A stretch of DNA of 37,658 bases, taken from the NCBI GenBank assembly GCA_016840165.1, contig JAEOSU010000061.1, forward strand, positions 1 through 37,658. Direction: 5' to 3'. Positions 28,880 to 37,658 of the stretch are shown one piece after another. This stretch comes from Promethearchaeota archaeon. GTDB taxonomy: Archaea > Asgardarchaeota > Lokiarchaeia > Sigyniarchaeales > SOKP01. The notes beneath the pieces are model-generated. The model was not told the origin of the DNA and searched no databases. It saw only the letters and a list, made by a program, of their open reading frames with translations. Each line of letters begins with the position of its first letter. Position 1 is the stretch's first letter. Both the position numbers and the translations under genes were made by a program.

Positions 28880-31261
28880 ATGTATATACGAATCTATCAG
28901 GGATATTATCATAATTCTATGTACTTAATTAAAAATATAAAACTCAATAAGCGAATATTCATATTTGGGATAATATTTTTAGGTTTAATTATAAATCTTG
29001 GGAGTATTTTCTTTTTTTCATCCATTTCAACAAATCAAACAGAAATTAAAAATCCTTTGACTCAGCAATTAACTGAAGTTCTAAAGTATAATGCATCGGA
29101 TTCATATTCTATGGAAGAATTTGCGAATATTACTGACTCCCTTCTAAATATAACAGAAATTGAACTCTCATTGCCTTTTAATAACTGGAACGTTACGAAT
29201 CTTGATCTTAATTTTAAAAACATTAGTGTTACTGATGAGATAATTACGATTGAAGATATTGATAAAACAATTGAGATCCTGGAAAAGGGAGGAAACGAAC
29301 AATTAGCCGTGCAGTTAAGTTTAACGGAACCAACAACAATTTATTCAGTAGATATTAAAGGATTTAAAGTAGAATCGAGTGGAGAACCAGGAACGATATA
29401 TTTTAAAGTAACAGGGTGGGATTCAGGCGACCATGAACCAATGAGTCCTACCTATGCTTCTGTTGAGTTAAATATGTCAACTGATCTGAAATGGTATACT
29501 CAAACTTTTTCTGAACCTCTTGAACTTGTTGCAGGAGATTATGGGCTAGTCATCGATGCAAGAAATATAGAATCAGGAGATTATGTTTTTTGGCAGATAA
29601 ACGATAATAAAACGGGATCACCTCTTTATGTCAATAAATATTATCGTGTTTTTGGATCATGGGATTGGAGAGCTCCAGAAGATGAAAAACTATTTTTATA
29701 TCGCTATAAACAATTGTCGAATACATCATATTACCCCTCTGACATTAATTTGACGTTGAATATTAATGGAGTGGATTATTCTGTAGATGATGGTACTTCA
29801 GTTGGAGAGGGTAGTGTGTCGATTGACGCTATAGATTTCAAAATTGGAAGCTCAATAATCAACATTCCTATTAATAATAACCAATCGCTCAACCTAAATT
29901 TCAATCTCAATTATACAATAAATCTCTATAATCCGTTATCAATAGAATCCACCATCGAAATTGGCGATTTGACGATGAATAAGTGGTATTTATATCCCGA
30001 ACTTGAAAATTATTCTTGTAATTATTATTTTTATAAAATTGACCTCCCAAAAAACTGGGAAAACATTCAAGTTTTCAAAGATGGTCTAAATGTAAGCTCA
30101 GATGTTAATATTGTTTTTCAGAACCAATCACTAACTATATTAAACGATATAATTACAGAAGGGGCAAACTGGGAAATATCTGCAGAAAATCTTCCTAAAA
30201 ATTTTTCTCTAAATCTTTCCGGTGATGAATTCCAACCGGCTCAGGATATAGAGATTGAGGTTGATCCACCGATTGAAGGGGGAAAGTTAAGTCTCATTAT
30301 TCAAGATGCTTACGAGGCTATAATTTATATAAATGAAAGGACAGTCCTATCGAGTAATGAAGTATTTAGTTATTTAATTCGTTCTAATGCTACCGATGGA
30401 ACATGGAAAGCATATGTATACTGGTTCAATAGTACTGATGCAGGTTTTAACTCTCTCTCATTTAAAGTTACTGTTCCAATAATCGTCCCCCCAACTGATC
30501 CTTTATTAATAATTTTATTGATATGTCTTGGTGGAGCTATAACAGGAGGATCATATGGTACATATTCAATCTATAAACTAAGAAAGGCAAAAAAAGAATA
30601 CAGAAAACAATGTCTAATCCAAAAATTGAAAGATTTGATAAACTTAGAGTACATAATCCTAACCGATAAGATAAGCTCCTTAGATTTGTATGGTCAATCA
30701 TTTAAAAATAAAAAATTAGATTTAACCTTAGTTTCTGGTTTTTTAAATGCGATTAGATCGTTTGGGATCGAGCTAACTGGGTCCTCAGAACAATCCCAAA
30801 TTATTAAATTGGAATATCAAGATTCAAAGATAATTATGTCAGAATATAAACAATTTAGACTTATATTTATTATAAAAGAGACTCCATCAAATGAATTTTT
30901 AGAAACTTTACGTCTCGTTACAATCGAAATTGATGAAAAATTTGGCCGATTTTTAAATGATTTTGATGGCGATGTAAGACCATTTACTTATATTGAGCGT
31001 TTGCTCATGCAAAGGCTAAATACCAGCATTATATATCCATTAAAGATAGTAGAATTGCCTAATATAAAATTAAACGCTTTAGAAAAAGAGATGATTATGC
31101 AAGTCAATAAATTCCTAAAATATTCAAATTTAACTCAGTTTACAATTTTAGATTTCATTGATAAAAATGCAATCAATCCACTTGAAGTAAAAGTATTTAT
31201 CAATCTTATGAAAAAGCAAATTTTTCTGCCTATAATGAGTGATATGACTGCTGAATTCTAA
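28880..31261 (+). CDS. Large membrane protein: beta-rich ectodomain, TM helix, cytoplasmic longin-like domain
   Basis: N-terminal hydrophobic helix, many NxS/T sequons, TM LLIILLICLGG, then YIILTDK.S.LDLY...LVSGFLNAIRSFGIE. Start may be ATG 28919. Confidence 0.75.
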   Translation: MYIRIYQGYYHNSMYLIKNIKLNKRIFIFGIIFLGLIINLGSIFFFSSISTNQTEIKNPLTQQLTEVLKYNASDSYSMEEFANITDSLLNITEIELSLPFNNWNVTNLDLNFKNISVTDEIITIEDIDKTIEILEKGGNEQLAVQLSLTEPTTIYSVDIKGFKVESSGEPGTIYFKVTGWDSGDHEPMSPTYASVELNMSTDLKWYTQTFSEPLELVAGDYGLVIDARNIESGDYVFWQINDNKTGSPLYVNKYYRVFGSWDWRAPEDEKLFLYRYKQLSNTSYYPSDINLTLNINGVDYSVDDGTSVGEGSVSIDAIDFKIGSSIINIPINNNQSLNLNFNLNYTINLYNPLSIESTIEIGDLTMNKWYLYPELENYSCNYYFYKIDLPKNWENIQVFKDGLNVSSDVNIVFQNQSLTILNDIITEGANWEISAENLPKNFSLNLSGDEFQPAQDIEIEVDPPIEGGKLSLIIQDAYEAIIYINERTVLSSNEVFSYLIRSNATDGTWKAYVYWFNSTDAGFNSLSFKVTVPIIVPPTDPLLIILLICLGGAITGGSYGTYSIYKLRKAKKEYRKQCLIQKLKDLINLEYIILTDKISSLDLYGQSFKNKKLDLTLVSGFLNAIRSFGIELTGSSEQSQIIKLEYQDSKIIMSEYKQFRLIFIIKETPSNEFLETLRLVTIEIDEKFGRFLNDFDGDVRPFTYIERLLMQRLNTSIIYPLKIVELPNIKLNALEKEMIMQVNKFLKYSNLTQFTILDFIDKNAINPLEVKVFINLMKKQIFLPIMSDMTAEF

Positions 31262-31386
31262 TAAATATATGTTCCCTATTCTTTCTTGGTTTTTATAGAC
31301 TTGGAAGAGATTAATTTTTGTTTTAAATTTTTAATTTAAAATATTTTTGATAGAAAGATTTAAATAATATTATGTCCATTATATAC

Positions 31387-31434
31387 ATGGACGGTAAAGA
31401 AAGACAAGGACGTCCAAGAAAGAAAAAAAAGTGA
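31387..31434 (+). CDS. Short ORF MDGKERQGRPRKKKK (AT-hook motif), possible frameshifted N-terminus of next gene
   Basis: ATG 31387 to TGA 31432-31434; ends on A_AAA_AAG overlapping the GTG of the next ORF in the -1 frame. Confidence 0.45.
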   Translation: MDGKERQGRPRKKKK

Positions 31435-32375
31435 GAAAAATGAATGCGAAATCCAATGAGGAGTATGTGAGTGAAGAAAAAATTGACAACTTAACAAAAT
31501 TTCTAATAGGAATTAGATATTATAAGTTCAATCTTTTAAATGGATCTTTAAAGGAATATCTCGACAAGCTTGAGAGTAAAGATATCACTTCAGAAAGCAT
31601 GAATGCCATTATAGACTCTTTTATTCAATCATTTGGTATTGATTGGGTAATCATAAAATTATCCTCAGATATCTATGAATTATATGAAAAAACCATCAGC
31701 GTTGGTCAGATTATCGCAATTATGCATAAAGTTCTGGGAATAAAGCTCTCAAGCACTGAAAGAAGCCAACTTCATGAACTCCGGAAAAAAATAAGACGAT
31801 ATGATAAATTTTTAAATTACTTTGGGGTATGGGGTAAAAAGTTCGATGGACTGTTTAAGACCCTTATTCTTGGCTTAAAAGAAAAAGATGCTGACAAACT
31901 AGAGTATCTTGTTGATAAGGCAGATGTATCGGGCGGAAAAAGTATTATTGGTGTTGATTTTTATACACATGATATTGAGATCCTTAAGAAATCTCTTGTA
32001 AGATTTCAAATATGGGATATTTCTAGATATCAAAAATTTCAAGCCATTAGACCAAAATATTATAGAGGTGCTGCAGCAGCTATAATCTTTTTTTATGTTG
32101 ACGATAATCAATCAATTGATTTGATACAATCATTTATCACTGAATTGAAAGAAGTAACTAACTTAAAATTTACTCCTAGAAAAGCGAAGGATTTTACTAT
32201 TGATATGCCTATTGCTCTCGTAGGTTTAGGATCATCGAGAAAGGATTTTTATGAGAATGTAAGTGCGATTGCAAAAGAGATAAATGGCCGTTATTTTGAT
32301 TTCAACGAGATCAACTATGAAAATTTCGATGAAATTACTAAGTATATTACCTCTCACCTAACTCTATCTTCTTAA
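31431..32375 (+). CDS. Rab-like small GTPase domain (degenerate) with N-terminal helical extension
   Basis: IIGVDFY, FQIWDIS, RPKYYRGAAAAII are Rab-like; P-loop (ILGLKEKDADK) and NKxD are absent. Confidence 0.78.
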   Translation: MRKMNAKSNEEYVSEEKIDNLTKFLIGIRYYKFNLLNGSLKEYLDKLESKDITSESMNAIIDSFIQSFGIDWVIIKLSSDIYELYEKTISVGQIIAIMHKVLGIKLSSTERSQLHELRKKIRRYDKFLNYFGVWGKKFDGLFKTLILGLKEKDADKLEYLVDKADVSGGKSIIGVDFYTHDIEILKKSLVRFQIWDISRYQKFQAIRPKYYRGAAAAIIFFYVDDNQSIDLIQSFITELKEVTNLKFTPRKAKDFTIDMPIALVGLGSSRKDFYENVSAIAKEINGRYFDFNEINYENFDEITKYITSHLTLSS

Positions 32376-32415
32376 TTTTTTTTAAAAAAAAAGCAAAAAA
32401 ATTCATATTCAAAAT

Positions 32416-33834
32416 TCAATTTCGGATAACATCTCTCAAATAATCTCTTTTTTGAAGCAAAATTTTAACTTGTTCATCAATACGAGCTAAATCCATTCGC
32501 TCAGCTAATTTTCCTCCAGTCACTTTTAAATTTTCCCATTTGATAAAATTTTTCGATAATTCTATTTGCTCCTCTTTTACCCGGTTAATCATAAAATGTA
32601 AACCATACATAATAGCAATATCTAAAGCTCGGGTTAATAATTGTTGAGCTTCCTTAAAATTATAAATCAGCAACATCAATTTAGCATCTAACAAATTCAT
32701 TTCTACAAGAAGTGAATACACTTCTTCATCTTCAGCAATAGCACGAATTTTATCAATGTAAAATTGAATTTTATCCATTTCTTTTAAATTACTGGTTTCT
32801 TTTAATCGTATCAAATATAAATCACATAAATTCACTAACGCATCAAATTTAAATTCAATAAATGTCATTTTTCTATCAGCAAATTCTTTATAGATCTTTT
32901 CTGCTTTCGAAAGCGAATCTCTGTCAGGCTTTCTTTTTAATAACGCGGCTTCTTGTAGACGATAGGCTACCATATTAAATTTGAAAGTTCCTTGGGCAAT
33001 AAGTTCTCCCATTTCATCATGTAGTTGTTGAGCTTTTTCAATATAATTTGCTTCCATATATGCTTCAAAAAGAGATGTACTTACCACAAAAGTCTTCCAA
33101 CTGTTTATTTGTTTACAAATTGATAAACCCTTTTTTAGGTGATAAATTGCTCTATTGTTATCACCCTTTTTACTGAACTGCATTCCTAAAGAGTTATGAG
33201 CCCCAATAATTTCTTGTTTATTGTCGAGTTTAATAGCGAGTCTTAAATATTGTTTTATAAATTCTAAAGCACGATCATTTTCACCCTTTATATCATATGT
33301 AATGCCATACCATTTAATTATTAGCAAAATTAGATTTTTATCATTAATTTTGCTCGCAATTTGAGAAGCCTTATCTAATAAATTTAAACATCTGATCAGA
33401 TTTCCTATACTAAGATTGTACGTCCCTTTACGATATAAAATTTGCCCTTTCATCATTTGGAATTCATTTGTTGATTTGTCACTTTGTTTTGCTAGGATTT
33501 CTTCAGCTTCATTAATTACTTCTAATTGTTTTTTTGGCTCAACTAAACTCGCAAAGATTTGAGCCTTTAATATGAGAGTATTAATGACCAGATAATCTGA
33601 TCCTAATTTTTTACTCACTTTATATGCAAGATCAGCGTACTTTAAAGCTTCATTAGAATTGAGAATATCAAATAGAATAGAACTCTTTAAAAAATATAAT
33701 TGATATCTTTGATGATTGGTTAGATCTTGGTTTATCTCAAAACTATCTAAGACATTAAGGGCTTCCTTGAGTTTCCAATTACTTTTGAGTTTTTCTGCCT
33801 TTTTTAACACTTGGTTATCTATCCTAAGTAACAT
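32416..33834 (-). CDS. TPR-repeat protein
   Basis: YGITYDIKGENDRALEF, AHNSLGMQFSKKGDNNRAIYHL repeats. Confidence 0.85.
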   Translation of the reverse strand: MLLRIDNQVLKKAEKLKSNWKLKEALNVLDSFEINQDLTNHQRYQLYFLKSSILFDILNSNEALKYADLAYKVSKKLGSDYLVINTLILKAQIFASLVEPKKQLEVINEAEEILAKQSDKSTNEFQMMKGQILYRKGTYNLSIGNLIRCLNLLDKASQIASKINDKNLILLIIKWYGITYDIKGENDRALEFIKQYLRLAIKLDNKQEIIGAHNSLGMQFSKKGDNNRAIYHLKKGLSICKQINSWKTFVVSTSLFEAYMEANYIEKAQQLHDEMGELIAQGTFKFNMVAYRLQEAALLKRKPDRDSLSKAEKIYKEFADRKMTFIEFKFDALVNLCDLYLIRLKETSNLKEMDKIQFYIDKIRAIAEDEEVYSLLVEMNLLDAKLMLLIYNFKEAQQLLTRALDIAIMYGLHFMINRVKEEQIELSKNFIKWENLKVTGGKLAERMDLARIDEQVKILLQKRDYLRDVIRN

Positions 33835-33891
33835 AGTTAACCCTTCCTCGTTCTTTTAAAAAAAAAATCCATATATAAAGATATCTCGTTT

Positions 33892-34542
33892 CTATTTCTT
33901 CAGATTTATCTTTTTTTTCAGTTCAAAGAGAGCAGCAAGAGGTAATGAAATATCAAAATACACAAAAGCCTCCTCTGTATTTAAATCTTGTTCCATTGCT
34001 AACTTTTGTAATTTAAGAACATATTCTGCATGGATATCCATAAGTGCTTCAGCTCGTTTCTTATCCAGATAAAATATTACTGGTGAAGGGATAAAAGATA
34101 AATACTCATCATAGATCTCTTTGACACGTTCAGGATCATCTAATTCACTTTCAAGGAGATCTAATAATGGATTAAGATAACTCAGTAATTTACTTATATT
34201 ATAACTCAACTTTCTGTAATGCTGAATTACTTTTTTGTAAAAATTCTCTTCTTCTTCTGTCTTTTTTTGAAACTTTGGGTTAATTCTATAGATTTTAGCA
34301 GGGATCCTTCCCTTTATAACATTTTTTGGTGTTCTGTGAAGAAGAAGTCCGTCTTTCTCCATAAATTTAAGGTGTCTAGCAACCGTAGTTTTTCCTTGTT
34401 CTACATACTGAGAAATTTGAGTTACGTTTAATTCATAATGAAGTCCAAGAAGAGTCCATATATCAAATCTTATTTTATGTTTCGCAATTAATTCGTTCCA
34501 TTCTTCCTCATATATATTAGTACTTTCTATATCAGACGAAAT
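33892..34542 (-). CDS. ArsR-like winged-HTH regulator; N-terminus extends past the track start (probable ATT/ATA start)
   Basis: In-frame extension reads HKIRFDIWTLLGLHYELNVTQISQYVEQGKTTVARHLKFMEKDGLL; no in-frame NTG between the upstream TAA and 34362; SD-like GAGGGA 34554-34549. Confidence 0.75.
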   Translation of the reverse strand: MSSDIESTNIYEEEWNELIAKHKIRFDIWTLLGLHYELNVTQISQYVEQGKTTVARHLKFMEKDGLLLHRTPKNVIKGRIPAKIYRINPKFQKKTEEEENFYKKVIQHYRKLSYNISKLLSYLNPLLDLLESELDDPERVKEIYDEYLSFIPSPVIFYLDKKRAEALMDIHAEYVLKLQKLAMEQDLNTEEAFVYFDISLPLAALFELKKKINLKK

Positions 34543-34798
34543 TTTTATTCCCTCTTTATAATATTATTTTCATTTTTAGTGTTATGTCTAATACTTTTTA
34601 ATAATACGATTATTTATAACTTTCGGAAAGATTCTATGATAATCACATTAAGGAATGGTTTTATTTTTTAAACCTATATTAAAATAGTTGATCTCAAATA
34701 TAAAAATGTGATCAAAAAGTTTAAATAGGAAACGTTCCATTCTTCCCAATAATGGCACGATAAAATTTCGAGCTAATCTATAAAAAAGGTGAAATTAA

Positions 34799-35434
34799 AT
34801 GAATCGAACAAAATTACAAACTAAAGTATGTTTAACCCTTGTTATAGTACTCGTTTTCTTAAGTGTTGCTTCATTTGGAGCAGCATGTGGGCCACGAAGG
34901 AGAGTTATTTATAGACCGATAAGCGATTGGGTGTATAATAATCCAATTGTCATTTATGGATTTACTACCAATTGGGATCTTCTCCCGGAGGGATACCTCC
35001 TAAGACCTGCTATCGATGATCCCGATCAATACTATGGTTATATCAAAGAAAAAGTATTAGACGATGGACGAGCAGAACTTACTGTTTTTATTGTTGGTAG
35101 AGGATTTCCAATACATTTATTCGGTTTAGATGATGCCTTCAACGGAATTATGGAAGATATAATGGTAGACACGTCTTACTACTGTATTTATGTAGAAAAA
35201 TTTATCCTTCCCGAACCTAATATGGAGATACCAAACCTTTGGGCTATTTATGATGGTGCAGGTGAAATGGTATCGGGTTATTCAATTGGGTTTGGCTGTG
35301 GAACTTTTACTGACTATGCAGAGAGCTTTGGGTTCACCTCAGGGGCGCTAGGTAGAGTTTTCCTTCACCAGGAGTTCTATTTCGATGGTGAGGGTAACGA
35401 AATATGGCCATACGAAGCATTAGAAATTTATTAG
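34799..35434 (+). CDS. Secreted hypothetical protein
   Basis: Signal-like N-terminus ending GAAC (lipobox-like); SD AGGTGA. Confidence 0.7.
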   Translation: MNRTKLQTKVCLTLVIVLVFLSVASFGAACGPRRRVIYRPISDWVYNNPIVIYGFTTNWDLLPEGYLLRPAIDDPDQYYGYIKEKVLDDGRAELTVFIVGRGFPIHLFGLDDAFNGIMEDIMVDTSYYCIYVEKFILPEPNMEIPNLWAIYDGAGEMVSGYSIGFGCGTFTDYAESFGFTSGALGRVFLHQEFYFDGEGNEIWPYEALEIY

Positions 35435-35466
35435 TTGAATTCAAGAGACAACACAAAAAAGGGTTG

Positions 35467-35569
35467 AAATAATAAATCAAAATATAGAAAGGAGATCAAG
35501 GTTTTTACGTATGGACATTCGAAAAGCCAAATTTGTAATAACCTTCCTCCATTTCTATATTTATTATTT
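35467..35569. other. Long imperfect inverted repeat between convergent genes
   Basis: AAATATAGAAA/TTTCTATATTT, GGAG/CTCC, AAGGTT/AACCTT, TTAC/GTAA nested pairings. Confidence 0.6.
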
Positions 35570-35592
35570 TTTTTAAATATTTTAAAAGATTT

Positions 35593-36921
35593 CTATTTTC
35601 TATAAACTCCATATTTATGAACAGCATTAGTCATAGCTAGCACATTTTCATGTCTAGCTTCATTAGGTATTCCAGAAACACCCCCATCGACAAGATAACC
35701 TCCCCCAGCCATACATCCTTCTATACACTTCTTAACATAATCTTCGACAGCTTTGGGTGGCCCCCCTATCAACAATGAAGCGGGAACATTACCCCTAATA
35801 CATACATAATCGCCCATTATCTCTTTTGCTTTGATTATATCTGTATCATGGAACCAATAAACCATTTTCCCTTTATGTTTCTTCGCGAATTCTCCTAAAA
35901 ATTCTAATCTTTCATTATATCTACCTTCAAAGAAAGGCATTGGAATTATATCTTTTTTAATCATACCCTCCATTAGACTCGTTAAGCCTGGCCAGTAAAA
36001 TTCTTCAAATTGATCATTATTCATAAAACCATCAGCTCCTCTGTGAAGTGGTATAAATGACAGTTCAATAGTATCTGGATCAGGCTCTCCAAATGCAAAA
36101 ACAGAATTATCTAACTGTTCTATCATCGGTTCGACCAGTAAGTCGCATAAAGCTTTCAAATCTTCTGGATTTCTATACATATCAAGCATCGCTCCTCGCA
36201 TACCTCTTAAACTGTCTGATACCATGTCAAACGGTGCTTGTGCTAAAGCAAACTGACCTGTTACTGGGTTACCATTCTTTTTCATAACTTTTGCATATTT
36301 TCTCATACCAAGAAAGGCACCAATCATCCGTCTTATTGCTTTTTTCAAGGTCTTTATCATTTTTTTCACATCCTTATTTAGAAAGAAAAATGTCAAACCC
36401 AATCCTGAAAACATCGATACATAATTGGCTAAGTTTGGAAAAATCTCAAACGGTTTTAACACAGTATTTTGTTTAGGTACAATATTTCGAATTAAATATC
36501 CTGTTGGATCCTTCAAAAGATTATTATATTCTTCTGCTTCCATCCATGCTTTTTCAATATATTGGTAAGGTTGATGATCTCCTAAACGAAAATTTGGATC
36601 AGCCGCTCCAGCCCATTTCATTGTATTTGTACCGACAAGATCAAGTAATTTTCCCATGCCTGGAAATAAGAGAGCAGGATAAAGATCCCAGTCATATCGA
36701 CTATAAACCTTAATACATGCATTTGCATACTTTCTTCCTTTATACATTGCTTCCTTATGGGTCATTCCAGCTTGAAGAGGGGCAAAAAAAATATCTGTAA
36801 AGGGGGTTATTGGTACTCGGTCTGGTTCCTTTAACGCTACTGCATCTTTTACTCTCTGAATTCTCTCTTTTAATAATTGTTGTGCTTCTTCATTATTCAT
36901 TGTTTTCACACCCCCATCCAT
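35593..36921 (-). CDS. Uroporphyrinogen decarboxylase-fold protein, probably corrinoid-dependent methyltransferase (MtaA/CmuA-like)
   Basis: EPDRVP, APFD..SDSLRG, FEEFYWP, CIRGNVP, GGGYLVD; adjacent to a corrinoid protein. Start may be ATG 36900. Confidence 0.85.
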   Translation of the reverse strand: MDGGVKTMNNEEAQQLLKERIQRVKDAVALKEPDRVPITPFTDIFFAPLQAGMTHKEAMYKGRKYANACIKVYSRYDWDLYPALLFPGMGKLLDLVGTNTMKWAGAADPNFRLGDHQPYQYIEKAWMEAEEYNNLLKDPTGYLIRNIVPKQNTVLKPFEIFPNLANYVSMFSGLGLTFFFLNKDVKKMIKTLKKAIRRMIGAFLGMRKYAKVMKKNGNPVTGQFALAQAPFDMVSDSLRGMRGAMLDMYRNPEDLKALCDLLVEPMIEQLDNSVFAFGEPDPDTIELSFIPLHRGADGFMNNDQFEEFYWPGLTSLMEGMIKKDIIPMPFFEGRYNERLEFLGEFAKKHKGKMVYWFHDTDIIKAKEIMGDYVCIRGNVPASLLIGGPPKAVEDYVKKCIEGCMAGGGYLVDGGVSGIPNEARHENVLAMTNAVHKYGVYRK

Positions 36922-37532
36922 TTTGTAGCTATATTAACAGCATCAACAGCACTCTGGCCATATTGGTCTGCTCCAACGTATTCTACAATTCTTTTATCAA
37001 CAGTACCCCCACCTATCATAATTTTCAAATCATCTCTCAAACCTATGTTTGTCAAATTTGTTATAAGTTCTTTCATTGAATCATAAGCAAGAGTTAAGAA
37101 ACCACTTAAAGCCAAAACTTTAGGTTTATGCTCTTTTATAGCATCTATAAATTTTTGAGCTGACACATCAACACCAAGGTCAATTACTTCAAATCCATTA
37201 GCATCTAACATGAACCTAACCACATCTTTACCAATATCATGAATATCGCCAGCAACTGTGCCTAATATTACCTTTCCTTTCTTTTCTACAGCCTTTTGTG
37301 ACTCTCTTAATATTGGCTCCAATTTTTCAAATATTTGACGTAAAATTTCTCCAGACATGATCAATTCAGGGATAAAATATTCCTTATTACTAAATTTCTC
37401 TCCAATGATCTTCACTGCTTCTCTTACATCTTTCATCACATTAAACGGATCATCATTACTCTGAAGTCTTGAATCAAGCAATTCTATAACTTTCTTTTCA
37501 TTTAATTCTACAATTTCATTTATAAAACTCAT
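36906..37532 (-). CDS. Cobalamin-binding corrinoid protein
   Basis: EYFIPELIMSG, GTVAGDIHDIGK, DLGVDV, IMIGGG. Confidence 0.95.
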   Translation of the reverse strand: MSFINEIVELNEKKVIELLDSRLQSNDDPFNVMKDVREAVKIIGEKFSNKEYFIPELIMSGEILRQIFEKLEPILRESQKAVEKKGKVILGTVAGDIHDIGKDVVRFMLDANGFEVIDLGVDVSAQKFIDAIKEHKPKVLALSGFLTLAYDSMKELITNLTNIGLRDDLKIMIGGGTVDKRIVEYVGADQYGQSAVDAVNIATKWMGV

Positions 37533-37601
37533 TTAATTCTCTCCATTTTTTAATTCTAGAAATGCTATTATAGATTTGATCTAATTATATATAACAATTT
37601 C

Positions 37602-37625
37602 TTCGTGAAACAAGTCTTTCACGAA
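37602..37625. promoter_or_regulatory. Inverted repeat upstream of corrinoid operon (candidate TF site)
   Basis: TTCGTGAAA-CAAGTC-TTTCACGAA, perfect 9-bp arms, just upstream of a TATA-like TTATATATA on the minus strand. Confidence 0.55.
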
Positions 37626-37658
37626 CTATTAGAAAAAATAAATGGTCATTTTCAATGA

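Noticed and set aside
2259-37086. Other short overlapping ORFs in the track (e.g. 2259-2531, 7877-8107, 10385-10669, 25232-25531, 36093-37086)
   Set aside because: Antisense or alternate-frame shadows of well-supported genes.
28788-37658. Integrated element at the tRNA 3' end
   Set aside because: No integrase, att duplication or obvious composition shift seen.
1-37658. CRISPR arrays, IS elements, rRNA
   Set aside because: No spaced repeats, transposase or rRNA-like sequence observed.

Overview
AT-rich archaeal window whose gene content (eS30, NOG1 GTPase, mfnE/mfnF, Rab-like and longin-like proteins, many TPR and zinc-ribbon proteins, intron-containing tRNA) points to an Asgard archaeon, most likely Lokiarchaeia (inference). 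About 33 CDS; no CRISPR array or mobile element seen. Main signals the ORF track misses: (1) a seven-gene selenium-handling cluster (split YedE transporter, two TusA-like carriers, multi-domain DsrE protein, CxxC protein) ending in selD, which has an in-frame UGA (HG-U-SCK) and a eukaryote-type SECIS directly after its stop; (2) a tRNA-Trp(CCA) with two 29-nt introns, one in the T-loop; (3) a hairpin with pocket, K-turn and ACA box that fits an H/ACA guide RNA; (4) an AT-hook mini-ORF joined by a slippery A_AAA_AAG to a Rab-like pseudo-GTPase next to a membrane-anchored longin-like protein; (5) two genes, including a type II pantothenate kinase, whose conserved N-termini lack a usable ATG/GTG/TTG, implying ATT initiation or, for PanK, UGA readthrough at codon 3. 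All calls are by eye, without database searches.
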